A DNA stretch of 64,000 nt from Hydrolagus colliei (taxonomy: Eukaryota). Positions 12,119 to 24,185 of this stretch are shown here, piece by piece (the first letter of the stretch is position 1; each line of letters begins with the position of its first letter). The DNA lies in the NCBI GenBank assembly GCA_035084275.1, contig CM068742.1:86180001-86244000 (forward strand), given 5' to 3'. The notes below the pieces were generated by a model. The model was not told where the DNA came from, did not search any database, and saw only the letters and a list, made by a program, of their open reading frames with translations. Both the position numbers and the translations under genes were made by a program.

Positions 12119-12246
12119 ATAGCAAACTCCATGTAGGGTAGCATCTCAGAGCATTTAGCAGTGGCAGAGCCAGGGAGTGAGGGGCATGGCCGTAAGCACG
12201 ATCAAAGAGAAGAGAAGCAATTGAAACCAGGACACTGGACTTGTTT

Positions 12247-12914
12247 CCGTAAATACCCGCATATAAGGCACACTTTGTTTCATGGCGGAAGATCTCGAAA
12301 TTTGGGGGTGCGCCCTATACGCAGGTACAAGAAATTTTGAGCCTCGGAAATACAGTAAACAGGAGGGGCGGCCGGCGCGCTGGCAGCCGGGGTTTGGTTA
12401 CTGTGTCCGGCGGCGGTTGGGGGAGCGAGTGACGGGGCTTCGGCCTCGGCCGCCCGGGCAGCGGCAGCAGCAGTGGACTTCAATGCTGTGCCTGCCTTCT
12501 GCCGAACCCAGTCTGCCTGCCTCCCTCCCTGCCTCCCTCCCTGCCTGCCTGCCTGCCTCCCTCCCTGCCTTCCCTCCCTGCNNNNNNNNNNNNNNNNNNN
12601 NNNNNNNNNNNNNNNNNNNNNNNNNNNNNNNNNNNNNNNNNNNNNNNNNNNNNNNNNNNNNNNNNNNNNNNNNNNNNNNNNNNNNNNNNNNNNNNNNNNN
12701 NNNNNNNNNNNNNNNNNNNNNNNNNNNNNNNNNNNNNNNNNNNNNNNNNNNNNNNNNNNNNNNNNNNNNNNNNNNNNNNNNNNNNTTCTGCCGGCAATAT
12801 CATTGAAAATGCTTCCTTTTTTTCACCAATAAAAGGTCAAAAGTGTGTGTGGGGGGGGGGGGGAAAGGGGGTGCGTCTTATATGCGAGTGCGCCTTATAC
12901 GCGGGTATTTATGG
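12247..12914. mobile_element. Tc1/mariner (Tc2/pogo-type) non-autonomous MITE, copy 1; contains assembly gap 12582-12785
   Basis: TIRs CCGTAAATACCCGCATATAAGGCACAC / GTGCGCCTTATACGCGGGTATTTATGG, TA on the right, GC-rich body, (CCTG/CCCT)n core. Confidence 0.85.
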
Positions 12915-13459
12915 TAAGTAACTGCTTGATCCTGCTATGGCAAGGTAGTGAATTGAGTGAACTGAAGGGATGAAATCAATGGATGGCACCTTGTTCATTC
13001 TGTAGCCCACTTGTCTGCTTGTAATTAAAAAGCTTGAGTAGTTTAAAGCAGGCATTTGAATCCTCAAATTACAATGTGTTATTTACTTTGTTCCATTCCA
13101 TCAATTTGCAATTCGTATTATGGTCCCAAGGAACTGAAGGAACTAAAAATCTTTCTGATAGTTCTGTGGAACTGAAGTGAGATTGAGCTGTAAGCATCAT
13201 GGAGAGCAGAAAGAGCGACTTTTATGTTGCAGTTGGAAAGCAGGAATATGAACCTATGTGAAATCATGTGAGAAAAGTCCTTACTTACACAGTGAAAAAG
13301 GCCGAAGACAAAATAGCGATGGCTAGGCAATCAGTACCCTAGGAATAGTCTGAGAGCAAAATGACTTGTAAATTGAACCCAAAAGAAATGATTCTGAGCA
13401 AACAAATCAACGGAATAGAATAATTTCAAGTGGGGTATATAGTGACAAAACAGAATTGT

Positions 13460-13791
13460 TAATAATAATAATCATTGCATTTGATATAACACTTTTCACA
13501 TCTTCTAGACGTCTCAAAGCGCTTCACCGAATGTGAATTCACTGTGAATTCACTGTAAAGTGAATTGACTGTCTATTTGTGGGCGAAACGTGGCAGCCAA
13601 TTGCACACAGCAGTGTCCCACAAACAGTCATGGATTAAAAATGATCAATTTTATTATTGTAGTTTTTTTGAGGGATTATTATTAGGTGTGTGGTGTAAGG
13701 AAATTTGCCCACGGTTTTGCCCTGACCTGCCTGGATTCGAACACAGGTCTCATGCTTGTAAGGCGAGTGCTCTAACCACTGAGCTGCAGGA
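13460..13791 (-). mobile_element. SINE, short form, between the two inverted MITEs
   Basis: Full-length match with an internal 11-bp duplication TGTGAATTCAC. Confidence 0.9.
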
Positions 13792-13863
13792 CTACATTAA
13801 GATGGTGTAATGGATTGGGGAGGGACAGTGAAATAAACCTAAGGAGAACATCACACATATGTA

Positions 13864-14610
13864 CCGTAAATACCCGCGTATAAGGCGCACTCGCGTATAA
13901 GACGCATCCCCCACTTTTGACCTTTTCTTGGTGAAAAAAACGGAAGCATTTTCGATGATATTGCCGGCAGAAGGGAGGGAGGAGAGACAGGTAGGTAGGG
14001 AGAGAGGGAGGCAGGCAGGCAGGGAGGGAGGGAGGGAGAGAGGGAGGGAGGGAGGCAGGCAGGCATGGAGAGAGGGAGGCAGGCAGGGAGGGAGAGAGGG
14101 AGACAGGCAGGGAGGGAGAGAGAGAGAGAGGCAGGCANNNNNNNNNNNNNNNNNNNNNNNNNNNNNNNNNNNNNNNNNNNNNNNNNNNNNNNNNNNNNNN
14201 NNNNNNNNNNNNNNNNNNNNNNNNNNNNNNNNNNNNNNNNNNNNNNNNNNNNNNNNNNNNNNNNNNNNNNNNNNNNNNNNNNNNNNNNNNNNNNNNNNNN
14301 NNNNNNNNNNNNNNNNNNNNNNNNNNNNNNNNNNNNNNNNNNNNNNNNNNAGAAGGCGGGCAGCAGGCACAGCACTCAAGTCCGCTGCTGCTGCCGCTGC
14401 CCGGGCGGCCGAGTCCGAAGCCCCATCACCCACTCCCCCAACCGCCGCTGGACACAGTGACCAAACCCCGGCTGACAGCGCGCCGGCCGCCCCTCCTGTT
14501 TACCGTATTTCCGAGGCTCAAAATTTCTTGTACCTGCGTATAGGGCGCACCCCCAACTTTCGAGATCTTCCGCCGTGAAAAAAAGTGCGCCTTATACTCG
14601 GTATTTACGG
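13864..14610. mobile_element. Same MITE family, copy 2, inverted relative to copy 1; contains assembly gap 14138-14350
   Basis: TA-CCGTAAATACCCGCGTATAAGGCGCAC ... GTGCGCCTTATACTCGGTATTTACGG-TA. The body is the reverse complement of copy 1. Confidence 0.9.
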
Positions 14611-17044
14611 TAATCAATGCGGAGCAGACAAGGGTTTCAAGGTAGGCAACAGGGCCTTGACCACGTTCATGCCAAATGGGTTTTCTTAATACAGTATACA
14701 GAATCTAAATCAGAAATATAAATTGTTGTTGTGCGTGGAAGAAAGCCGATCCAAATTAAACAGTGAGAGAAATGGGGATGTATTACAATGCTGGTGTTTT
14801 GTTTTTTAATTGAATACCTTCGGAGGTTAGAATGCATCTAGGCAAAACATCTCTCAGAAGATAGAGTGGATATTGTGAAGTACACAATGTAATATCTTTT
14901 CAATGATATGTGGAAGGGTGAGGGACACTGGGCTGAAATGCCCGTTCTCATTCCATCATTCATTCTTAAGTTGCCCACAAATATACAGTCAATTCACTTT
15001 ACAATATAGTTTGTGAAGCACTTTGAGACGTCGATAAGATGTGAAAAGCACTATATCAAATGCAAGGATTATTATTATTCGTTATTAAGTCAATCCTCAA
15101 AATTCACTTCTGACATAACCAAATAATATGTAGTGTAGCCGATGGAAGTCTAAACCAGGAATAATTTCAAATGGGATTTTACAAATTAGCTTTTGATCAG
15201 AAATGAAAAAATCTTTCCCATAACTGAAGTTGTGTTGTTCTAATCTGCAGGAAATCCCTAATGAACGTGATAGATTCATCACCTTTGCCAGAACAGCACT
15301 TTATAACTGGTTTAAAACTGTTTTAAACCCAGCGCCTTGGGACATCCTTCCAATGTGAAAGGCGCTCTATAGATGTAATTTTGTGGTTGTTCTTGTTCCC
15401 CTGGTGAGGAGAGAAAGATCAAGACTTTCAGAAGTAATTAAACAAGCATTAATGCTTTCAGAGAACAACGGATTAGACAAATAGGATTGAATGTAATAAA
15501 ATATTTATCTCCCGTAAAGAAGACCGTGATCATTTGCAGAAAAAGACGGCTAAGGTTTCATATGCTCACCTGCATTTCAAAACTTTCATATAATAAAAGA
15601 TGTTGGGATAGTGACCGCAAATCCTATTATGCAGTTTGATTTTTGGAGAATTAAAGTTCGAACTCTGCAGCAATATTATGAACTACTTTTACTGAAAGAA
15701 ACATTAGCTGCTCGTTGAATTTAGGTTGACAGAGGATGGTTCTTTTATTCTATTTGCTGTTCCTATTTTATAATCTCATTTGTGTAAATCAATAGAGTTT
15801 AAGTAGAGACGTTCATATTGGTTTGAAGCTATCCATTATAATTCAAAGAGTTTTCTGATAAAACACAGACCTTTACATTTTACTGCAAAAGTTATATAAT
15901 CCAGGACAAGATGGCCTCTTGCCATTTAGAGATGAACTGTAAGTATCTGTTTTGGGTGGTGTGAGGAAGATCACCTATGAAGTTGATTTTCAGACACTTT
16001 CTTTGTAAGAAAGATAAAAGCAGAAATAAAGTCAATCAGAAATTCAACATGATCAAGGAAAGAACATTCCAGCTGGACATTTCATAAACCAGGCATCAGG
16101 CTTGCCTAGGAATTCTGTGGGGAGGGAATGATTTAGGTGTACTAGAGAAATATTCTGGAGATCATGAAAGATGGCAAAAGACTGTGTACTTACTGGTGAT
16201 GTGATACAACGCCATCCCAGAATCCCTATACCTTGCCACTTCCTTTGCCTCATCCAAGACCCATCTAAAGACTTTCCTCTTTGACCAGATGCCTTCAGTC
16301 ATCCTCCCATCCCCACTCCCCTTGGCACCTCACCCCTCTTGATTTAAACCTTCAGATTAGATACAAACCCTTGACTGTCCCAACACCTTGCAACGTCAAC
16401 CCTATGTGAATGGCGCTGTATAATTGCAAATTGTTAGTGTTGTTACAATCCACATTTGTAGCTTGTACACTGTTGTTTACTAGGAACTCGATCGTGGTTC
16501 TAGCAACATAAGAGGAAGAGCAGTGGAGAGCGAGAAAACCATAAGAACTTTTAGTCAGAGAATAATTAACGACCGGAACAGGTTGCCAGCAATGGTGGTT
16601 GAGGGCAAGACACTGAACTTGTTTCAAAAGCAACGTGACAATGTTGTAATGTGATAAGGGTTGGAAGGGAAGGTGCTCTGGAAGAATTCTTCATCCAAAA
16701 CCAATCTTCATTCAAACAACAATCAAGCCACTTTACAGTACATCTTGTGAAGTGCTTTGAGACATCTTGGTTGACAATGCTATGGTTTGGTTTTATGTCA
16801 AATGGAATTTATATCAAATACTGTATTATGATCTTGTGACTCCATGTATTATTGACAATGTTATACAGACCTATTTATTTATAAGGCTACATCAAGGTTC
16901 TATCCTCCATGTGTGGAACAAACAATGGGATCACATCAGATATCCAAGGTGTATTAAGGCCACCCTTCCACGTAAAGTGTATACAGACATTTATTTGTTG
17001 ATATTGAAAACACTTGAGTGTGTTGGGCTGTGATTTTGTTTTAA

Positions 17045-17087
17045 ATAAATGAACAACACACCAAGTATGAAAAAAAACATTTTTATT
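17045..17087 (-). terminator. Candidate polyadenylation signal with downstream U/GU-rich element
   Basis: Minus strand reads AATAAA (17087-17082), then a T-run, CA and TTGGTGTGTTGTT: hexamer, CA cleavage site, GU-rich element. Confidence 0.5.
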
Positions 17088-19355
17088 AGACAAATAATAC
17101 ACAGAAAGCTTTGCCACTTGTAACAGAGGCCCTTCCCCCTCAAAAAAGTGTTCTTTATATGCGACACTGACATCAAAATAGGCCTATAAATATTGGTTAT
17201 GGATAACTATGGTTCTTTTTCTAACCCGGTAAATTATTGTAATCTGGTTTGTCCCTTTATACTGTGTCCAAATGAAAATTCATAACAACAGATATGAAAT
17301 AGAGAGTGACAAGGTTATGCAAGTTGCGCATGCTTCCGTTAACTTGCTTTATTCATACTATAAACGGTCTCTTCTGTGATAAAAATGGGTTTGTCTTACA
17401 TTGTAGACATTGTATTGTACAAACCAGTAACATAACTATCAGACGCTGCTCAGAACAAGTAAAAGAGAAGAATTAGCATCAAAATATATACTTTTTTGTT
17501 TGCCCACCCTCACTGGACAAGATAAATTCTGAGGAAACAGCTGTAAGCCTTTTTTTCTCCTTTTGTTAATTAATCATTAGTTAAGTTACACCTAAAGTTG
17601 TTATCAAACACAGAAAACATAGCTGCTTTCTACCTACCACTTATTAATTACTGTTTTTTTTAAAGGTAAAAGAAACGCATCACAAATTTCTCATTTGCCA
17701 TTGTGTATGACAAAGTTAGTGTTTCTAAAAGATGTTCGGTAGTGAAAGTGGCACTCTCTTCTGGCGCTGACTTCCCCAGAGTTGGCAACACTGCATGAAA
17801 AATGGAGTTTACCTAGTTGGAAACATACTTAAAGCACAATTTAACTACCACTTGACTAGCTACCCAACTGCTTAAAGTTGCAACTTAAGAAAAAGGCTTC
17901 AAAAATACATATATAAGCTTCCAGCGTCACTATGAAACAGTTACACTCTCTAAACTCTGTAAAGCTGTGTAAATGATTCATCCAACACTGCTTAACCTCC
18001 ATATACACTGATTCATAAATATGCCCATTACATATCCAGATGCAAAACGGTTTAATGTTCAAATTTGATTGTTGTAATGGACAACTGGTTAATCATAATC
18101 TATAACATGTGAGGAGTACATTATCTTTTAGTGAAACCAAGGAATATCTGGCTTCTTTGAGAACAAAGAGTTATTATCTACACAGCTCGTCCCATCTCAT
18201 GCAGTGTGACTGTTTTCTGTTCTAATTGAGCAAATGTGATCTTTAAAGCAAGCAGGAACAAGGATCTAGAAGGCTGCTTGAACATACCTTTTGTAGTTTG
18301 GTTTACTATTTGATTCCCATGTAACACATTTAAGGCCACATTGTTAAAACAAACATTATCTATTTCCATCTCCATTTACTCAATCATTAGTTCAAATTCC
18401 GGGTAGCTATGAGTCTGGAAAAGTTTGCGTTTTTAAAGTTAGAGACTTTCCATTCCCCCCACCACCACCCATGATCAGTTAATCTTGAACAGTAATCTAC
18501 TTTTCTGTCCCTATGTTTTCTTTAAAATATATTCCGTCCAGCAATCCCCAATTCTATCATTAGATTTCTGAACTGCAGTTCTGAATAAGGTGGGTATCTT
18601 TTGTTAAGATATGCACTAGTAGTCTGAAGAATTAATGCTTGTCAATGACTGTCAAGATGTACTATTACATAGCAGCGATGAACTCAATACTTTCCAACTT
18701 AAGAAAGACATTTTGGCATTTCACTTCCTTCAGCATCAAAAACGACAACACCCAAAAAATCTGACATTCATTTACCTGGCAATATCTAACATACTTTCTC
18801 CTATTAACACCTTAGGAAACTGTTGCAAATGATTTCCATTTTGAAAGCCAGCTTCAGCCCTGCAGGACATTGTGGATTTAACCTAAACTGTACAATAGAA
18901 AAACATCTGCATGTAATGCAACTTTTGCAGAGCAATTTTTGTTTAAAATAAAGTCTAAGCTGGGACCATATGTATCATATTTTAAGTTTTTTTTTGCAAC
19001 ATGATGCCTGAAATATTTTGACATGTTCATGGATGGCTTCGTATGAGTGTGATCCTATAAAAATGTAGCATTCTTGAACTTGTGGCCTGAATATTCTTAC
19101 TTTTAATAGCAGGTTGCGCCTTTTGGTCCGAAATGAAGTACCACATGTAACTGCCAGCGATAAAAGCACTGAATTTTGAATGCAGCAGAAATAAACATAA
19201 TACTGGTGCCATAAACAGGCTGAAGTTATTGCGATTATATCTGAGAAAGCTGTAACTAAGATCCTGACTTTTTTTTTAAAAAAAGTTACGTCCAGGTTAG
19301 TCCCACCAATAATTCTATCATCTCACCAACTGAGTCCCGGTGAAAAATATAACAT
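17060..19355 (-). other. GRID2: Probable GRID2 3' UTR (~2.3 kb)
   Basis: AT-rich, TE-free stretch directly after the stop codon, ending at a candidate poly(A) signal. The end point is inferred. Confidence 0.55.
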
Positions 19356-19778
19356 TCATATAGATGTGCCTCGGTCAGGGTCATTGTTCAGGCTGTACAC
19401 TGCAGAAGGAGTTGGCTGATAAGGGACAGAGGACATGGTTTTGATGGGACTTCTGAAAAAGCCACCATTGGGTGCCCTGCTTCTGAAGGGGCCAGTTCGG
19501 TGGTCGGGCATTCCTCCGAATGTAAAGCCTGAGGCAGCTTTAGCCGACAAGCTGCGGCTTAAAGTCTGAATCTGCTCTGGTATGAAGGTTGTGGTGGTGA
19601 TATGAGTGTTTCTAAAGTCACTGATCTGTTCCAGAGCTTGCCTTGTTGGCAAGGAGTCGATGTCCAAGGGAGTCAGGTCAATGGACGAGGTGGAAAACTG
19701 CTTGTGAGGGCTGTCGTCGTCTGTAAGGAGGCTGTTTGCCCGTCTGTGCAGGTGTTCCAGGTCAATCTCTTTGTCATC
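19356..19778 (-). CDS. GRID2: Glutamate receptor ionotropic delta-2, last coding exon (cytoplasmic C-terminal tail)
   Basis: Acceptor tctctttcaaag|GAT at 19778; 423 nt, phase 0. Translates [85 protein letters not shown]...NDPDRGTSI* (TGA at 19356-19358), near-identical to the mammalian GluD2 tail. Confidence 0.97.
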   Translation of the reverse strand, partial: DDKEIDLEHLHRRANSLLTDDDSPHKQFSTSSIDLTPLDIDSLPTRQALEQISDFRNTHITTTTFIPEQIQTLSRSLSAKAASGFTFGGMPDHRTGPFRSRAPNGGFFRSPIKTMSSVPYQPTPSAVYSLNNDPDRGTSI

Positions 19779-21429
19779 CTTTGAAAGAGAGAAAGAGATA
19801 GAAGCAGAGATTCAAAGGGAGAGGTCAGAATCCAACCATCAAACTGAGAGAAAAATGACAAAAATCTATCTAAACGTGACCATATTGGGGTGTGAATCCA
19901 TGTGCACATAACACCATGGTTAGCTCAGTTTGCTCGACTTGTGAAGTAAAGGTTCCGAGTTTCAATCCTGCGATTTGAGCCCACTGAACACTTCATGTTT
20001 CAAAGTCGATGTAATGAATACTGAGCCTCATGTCTACATAATATCCTTATTATAGGGAGAGGAAAGCAGGAGTTTCCATTCGGCCCATTGTACCCGTGCT
20101 GGCTCTTTGCAAGAGTTGTCCAAATCAATCCCACTCCCCTGCTCTCTCCCCATAACCTTGCAAATTTGTCCTCCCCAACTATCCATCCAAAGATAATTAG
20201 TGTTGGCAGACAATCCAACCATGGTAACAAAAAGCCAATTTGACCAACTTCTTACAATGTCCACCAAATGTGGGTAGAAGCTAGTCTACACAGATCTATG
20301 TGAATGCTTTTCAACAAGGGTCATAGGACCAGTGGCTGAACATCTGGTTACAATTGTCAACTTCTCCCCACATATGATGGTAGTTGTAGGAAGTGTTGAT
20401 TCTTCAGATGAAGGAACTGCCAGTAAGGGAACAGCTCAATGTGATCCAGAAATGGATGTGAGCACAGGATGTCTCCTGTGAAGTGACACTGGGCTTCATT
20501 TCAATTGATCACATATATTAAGATGATACTTGCACCAATTTTGCTCCCCTGTTACCTAAGACAAGCCTTGGCATGTTGGCTCTTGTTCCGATCAAAGCAA
20601 GCCTCCAAGCTAAAGATGATTCTGTTGTACAATCCATCAAAATGGGAATGTGCCCAATTCTACATATGAGATATGAGACTCTTGCTTTCCCCCAACCTCT
20701 CTTGAAAAAAAACTGGTTAACCTGGTCAAGAGACCATGCTTGGTGTGTGAGCCTTCACAATAAATGGTAGCACATTACCCAGTCATGAAGAAATCACAGC
20801 TGAGGTGAATCCTGTCCCCACATGACATACACACACCAGCATTTGACAGTGAAATGTAGCAAGATCATGATTGGGGAGATACCCCAGCTAATTGCTTATG
20901 TTCTCTAGCCCAGTGTTGAATGGCCCATTTGCTAATGTTTCAGGACACAGAACTGAGATGGGAAACTGGGTGCAAAAGTTTGCAAGCTTCTAGCCACATC
21001 CTCGTTAGGCACACAAGTTAAATATTTGTTTTGCCTCTAACTTGTGACATTTCACAACAGGCTTCCTTCATAAGCACCAAAAAAAAGTACCCATTCCCAA
21101 GTCGAGTTTCCTGCAACGATTCTCATGGTATTATCCATTCAGGAATCCCCAATGAGAAATTATACAAATCTGATATCTTTAATGGGAGTGCTATCTCAGT
21201 GGTGATAAATCATTGTATTGTCTGCATATTACATTCTATTTTCTTATTAATTTCTGATTCCCTTCCTTCCATATTATTACACTTATTTCCGTATTACACT
21301 GGCCATCCCTCGAAGTGTCATCAATGGAAACTGCTGAAATGAAGCAACATTTCAAATCTCACCATTGCTGGCTGTGCCAAAGATGCTAATTAGTGAAAAA
21401 TACATCATATATAATACTTGTCTTTGATA

Positions 21430-21805
21430 TTGTGCCATTCTTGTGGGAGGATGTCTCAAAGTGCTTCACAAAATTTACTGTGATTGCACATTTTCGCAGG
21501 TGAATGCAGCAGCCGACTTGCACACAGCAATGTCCTACAAACTGCCATGAAATGAATGACCAATTTTATTGAGAGAATCGTTCGCCAGGCCACGGGAGGC
21601 CCCTTCTCTTTATGAATCAATCTTTAACTTCCACCTAAACAGTTTTAACGTTTCATCCGAAAGACAAAACATCCGACAATGCAATGTTCCCTTAACACGA
21701 TATAGGAGTGTAAACTTATGTTGGGTTATCAAAAAACTGATATTGGGTTTGAACCCATAACCTTCTGACTCAGAAGCGAGGATTCTATTTACTGAGCCAG
21801 GCTAT
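21430..21805 (-). mobile_element. Old DeuSINE (SacSINE1/AmnSINE-like)
   Basis: Deu motif plus a different head (AACCTTCTGACTCAGA...ACTGAGCCA). Related copies at ~36125-36500, 37915-38640, 43810-44155 and 51030-51310. Confidence 0.7.
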
Positions 21806-22249
21806 TAGGGCTGCAGATTTAATATTTAGCCTAAACAGTGCATCACTAATAAGAGTCGCCATTTAGTATTTGCTACAGGTAGCTTATGGTTACATTTCGA
21901 GTCAATGAAAGAGATTCTGATGAGATAGATCTCTTTTTAAAACCCAGCCTTCTGCTCACAACTGCATATCTAGGGGCCAATCTAGGATGTTTAAACCATT
22001 ACTGAATTTACAGGAATTAAAGAGCTTAATAAAATTGCTTTTCTCTTTGAGCTCTAAAATTGAGCGGTCTCATTAGGGATGTTCACTTACTGCTGAGGTG
22101 ACTTTGAGTTTACTGCAGTATCTACTGGCATCAACATTCATGGAGTGCTTTTATGGGGAACTGACTTTGTGAGCTGCAATGTAGCTATGTCAGCCAATGT
22201 TTATCTGAATAGTGAATTGTGCCATATATCAGGTTGTGCCACATATAGT

Positions 22250-22445
22250 GATAATGCCTGAAAGGATGTTGGAAGCCAATACAATAACAACTTTTAAGAG
22301 AGAAGTGGATAGTGATTTCGGGAGGACAGGTTTGCAGGGCTATGGGGAGAAAGAGGGGGAGTGGGATTGATTTGAACAGCTCTTTTCAAAGAGCTGGCAC
22401 AGACATGATGGGCTGAATGGCTTCCTTCGGTGCTTGCTGTATGAT
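22250..22445 (+). mobile_element. CR1 LINE 3' end fragment
   Basis: GGGCTATGGGGAGA...ATGGGCTGAATGGCTTCCTTC terminal motif. Related pieces at ~20050-20170 (-), 57330-57710 and 60430-60710. Confidence 0.75.
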
Positions 22446-23405
22446 TAGTACCCATTCCCAATAGATAGTGCTATTTTTTAATAAAAGGAAAAATTTCCTA
22501 CATAATGTCTGCATACACTATTATTTGCCTAAAATACAGTCACTATAGAGTAGATCCTGTGGAGTGCTTTGAGACGTTTTGATAACATGATAAGGTGCAG
22601 TGTCTTATGCAAGGATTCTTAATTGATGTTTAAATTGAAATTAACTCTATATTTGGTTGTGCAAGACAATATTGGATTCTCATGTCTAAAAGGTGTAATA
22701 TTGCTCCTAGACTTCTTCCTTCAGGTGCAAATATAAATTAGAGTTTGCCAAGGCCTATCACTATTGGGGGTTCCAAATAGTATTTGTTGGTTTCACAAAT
22801 ACTGACTTGGAATTGGGAACAAAACTCCTGCAAGTAACCGGACATGTATTGTGCCAACCTTACTTCAAAAATCCCTGCTCCAACAAGGTCCTCCTTCCAG
22901 GGATCATCCCTCGGGAGAATGTGAGACATATTTGACTATCTGCAAGGTGATGCTATTTCCAAATTCAGATTGCATATTCCTCACCCCCATTGCAAAATCA
23001 TCTGGTGTACAGTGTTAAGAGTCTGGCAGTCCACACAGTCTCAATTCAGATCCGGGCAATGTAGCTGTAAAATCACTGAGATTTATGGCACATCCTTTTG
23101 AAGGATCAAAGTGTTGAGATATGTAACAGATTTTAGATTTTCAACGATCCTAATTCAGGCATAATGCAACCAGTTGCAGAATAAACCTTACCGTGTTCTG
23201 CCCCCAACCATTCACTGTACCCATTGACCTCCAAACCCACAGATTTAATGGGTAGAAGGAGGGGAGAGAGAGCTGATTCTGCGAAGACTAGGCCTAGACT
23301 GGTAATAGATGTAGTGTGTGTGTGTGTGTATGTGGGTGTGTGAGACAGAGGGGGAGGGAGAGGGTGCATGGTGTTGGGATGATGGTTTTTAAAATCCTGC
23401 CATCA

Positions 23406-23670
23406 CCGTTGTGCTTTAGCCCCAACCTCAAAAGCGAATGCCTTACTGCACCAGTGCGAAATTTCTATTTCTCACCTCAGCCATCCTTATGACCTCTCTG
23501 AGTGAAATTGCCAATTTAGTGCTGAATTCTGGGCAGTTTTGTTCTGTGGGCCCAGACCCCCTAGGAAGTGGGTTGACTCTCTCTAAATTCATTTCACATA
23601 GGGCCCTTACATCCTGCAGAGAGAGAAGACTTTCATCCATTAGTCCTGGCTGAATTCAAACCCTGGTCCC
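23406..23670 (-). mobile_element. LF-SINE-like relic in the last GRID2 intron
   Basis: Collinear blocks on the minus strand: B box GGTTTGAATTC, CCTATGTGAAATGA, TTCCTAG, CCACA-AACAAAAC, GCACTAAATTGGCA, CAGAGAGGTCA, GAGGTTGGGGCTAAAGCACA. These match the recalled LF-SINE consensus in order. Confidence 0.65.
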
Positions 23671-23949
23671 AATGCAATATAGGATCGGTTAAATTATAAA
23701 TTGAGCGATTAAGACAATGCGTTTATAACAAGTCACTAAATACAGTTCATTTCACAAGCAAAGGAGACTGGAATAGCTCATGCTTAACGAAGCTGCAAAT
23801 GACTGGGAGAAGTGATACAAATATATTTAACACTCTGTTTAGTATTCTGTTTATACAAGGTACATGTTTTGTGATGTTTAGTTTAAACATTAGAATTAAT
23901 TATATACTGTAGTGCAGTTTTAGCCCAGCATGCTAAGGTTTTCGTAATT

Positions 23950-24185
23950 GTGTATGCGTGTCAGTGTGTCACTGTATGTGATTTCATGTATGTGTGTCAC
24001 TGTGTGTGTGTCCTTTGTGCGTGTGACTACGTATGTGTGTCACTGTTTGAGTGTCTGCTTGTATGTCTGTCACTCACTCTGTGTGCATGTGTCTGTGTGT
24101 GTGTGTGTGTTTATGTGACTATGCGAGTGAGTGTCTCTGTGTACATTGTGTTACTGAGTGTAAGGCTGTATATGAGATGTGTGTG
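23950..24185. repeat. Degenerate (TG)n-rich simple repeat
   Basis: Compound TG/TGTA/TGTC runs. Confidence 0.9.

Noticed and set aside
12282-14578. Long GC-rich ORFs or a CpG-island promoter
   Set aside because: The ORFs run through N gaps and simple repeats inside MITEs; the CpG richness belongs to the young transposon.
1-16000. ATOH1, expected 3' of GRID2 by synteny
   Set aside because: No bHLH ORF is seen in the window; if synteny holds it lies beyond position 1.
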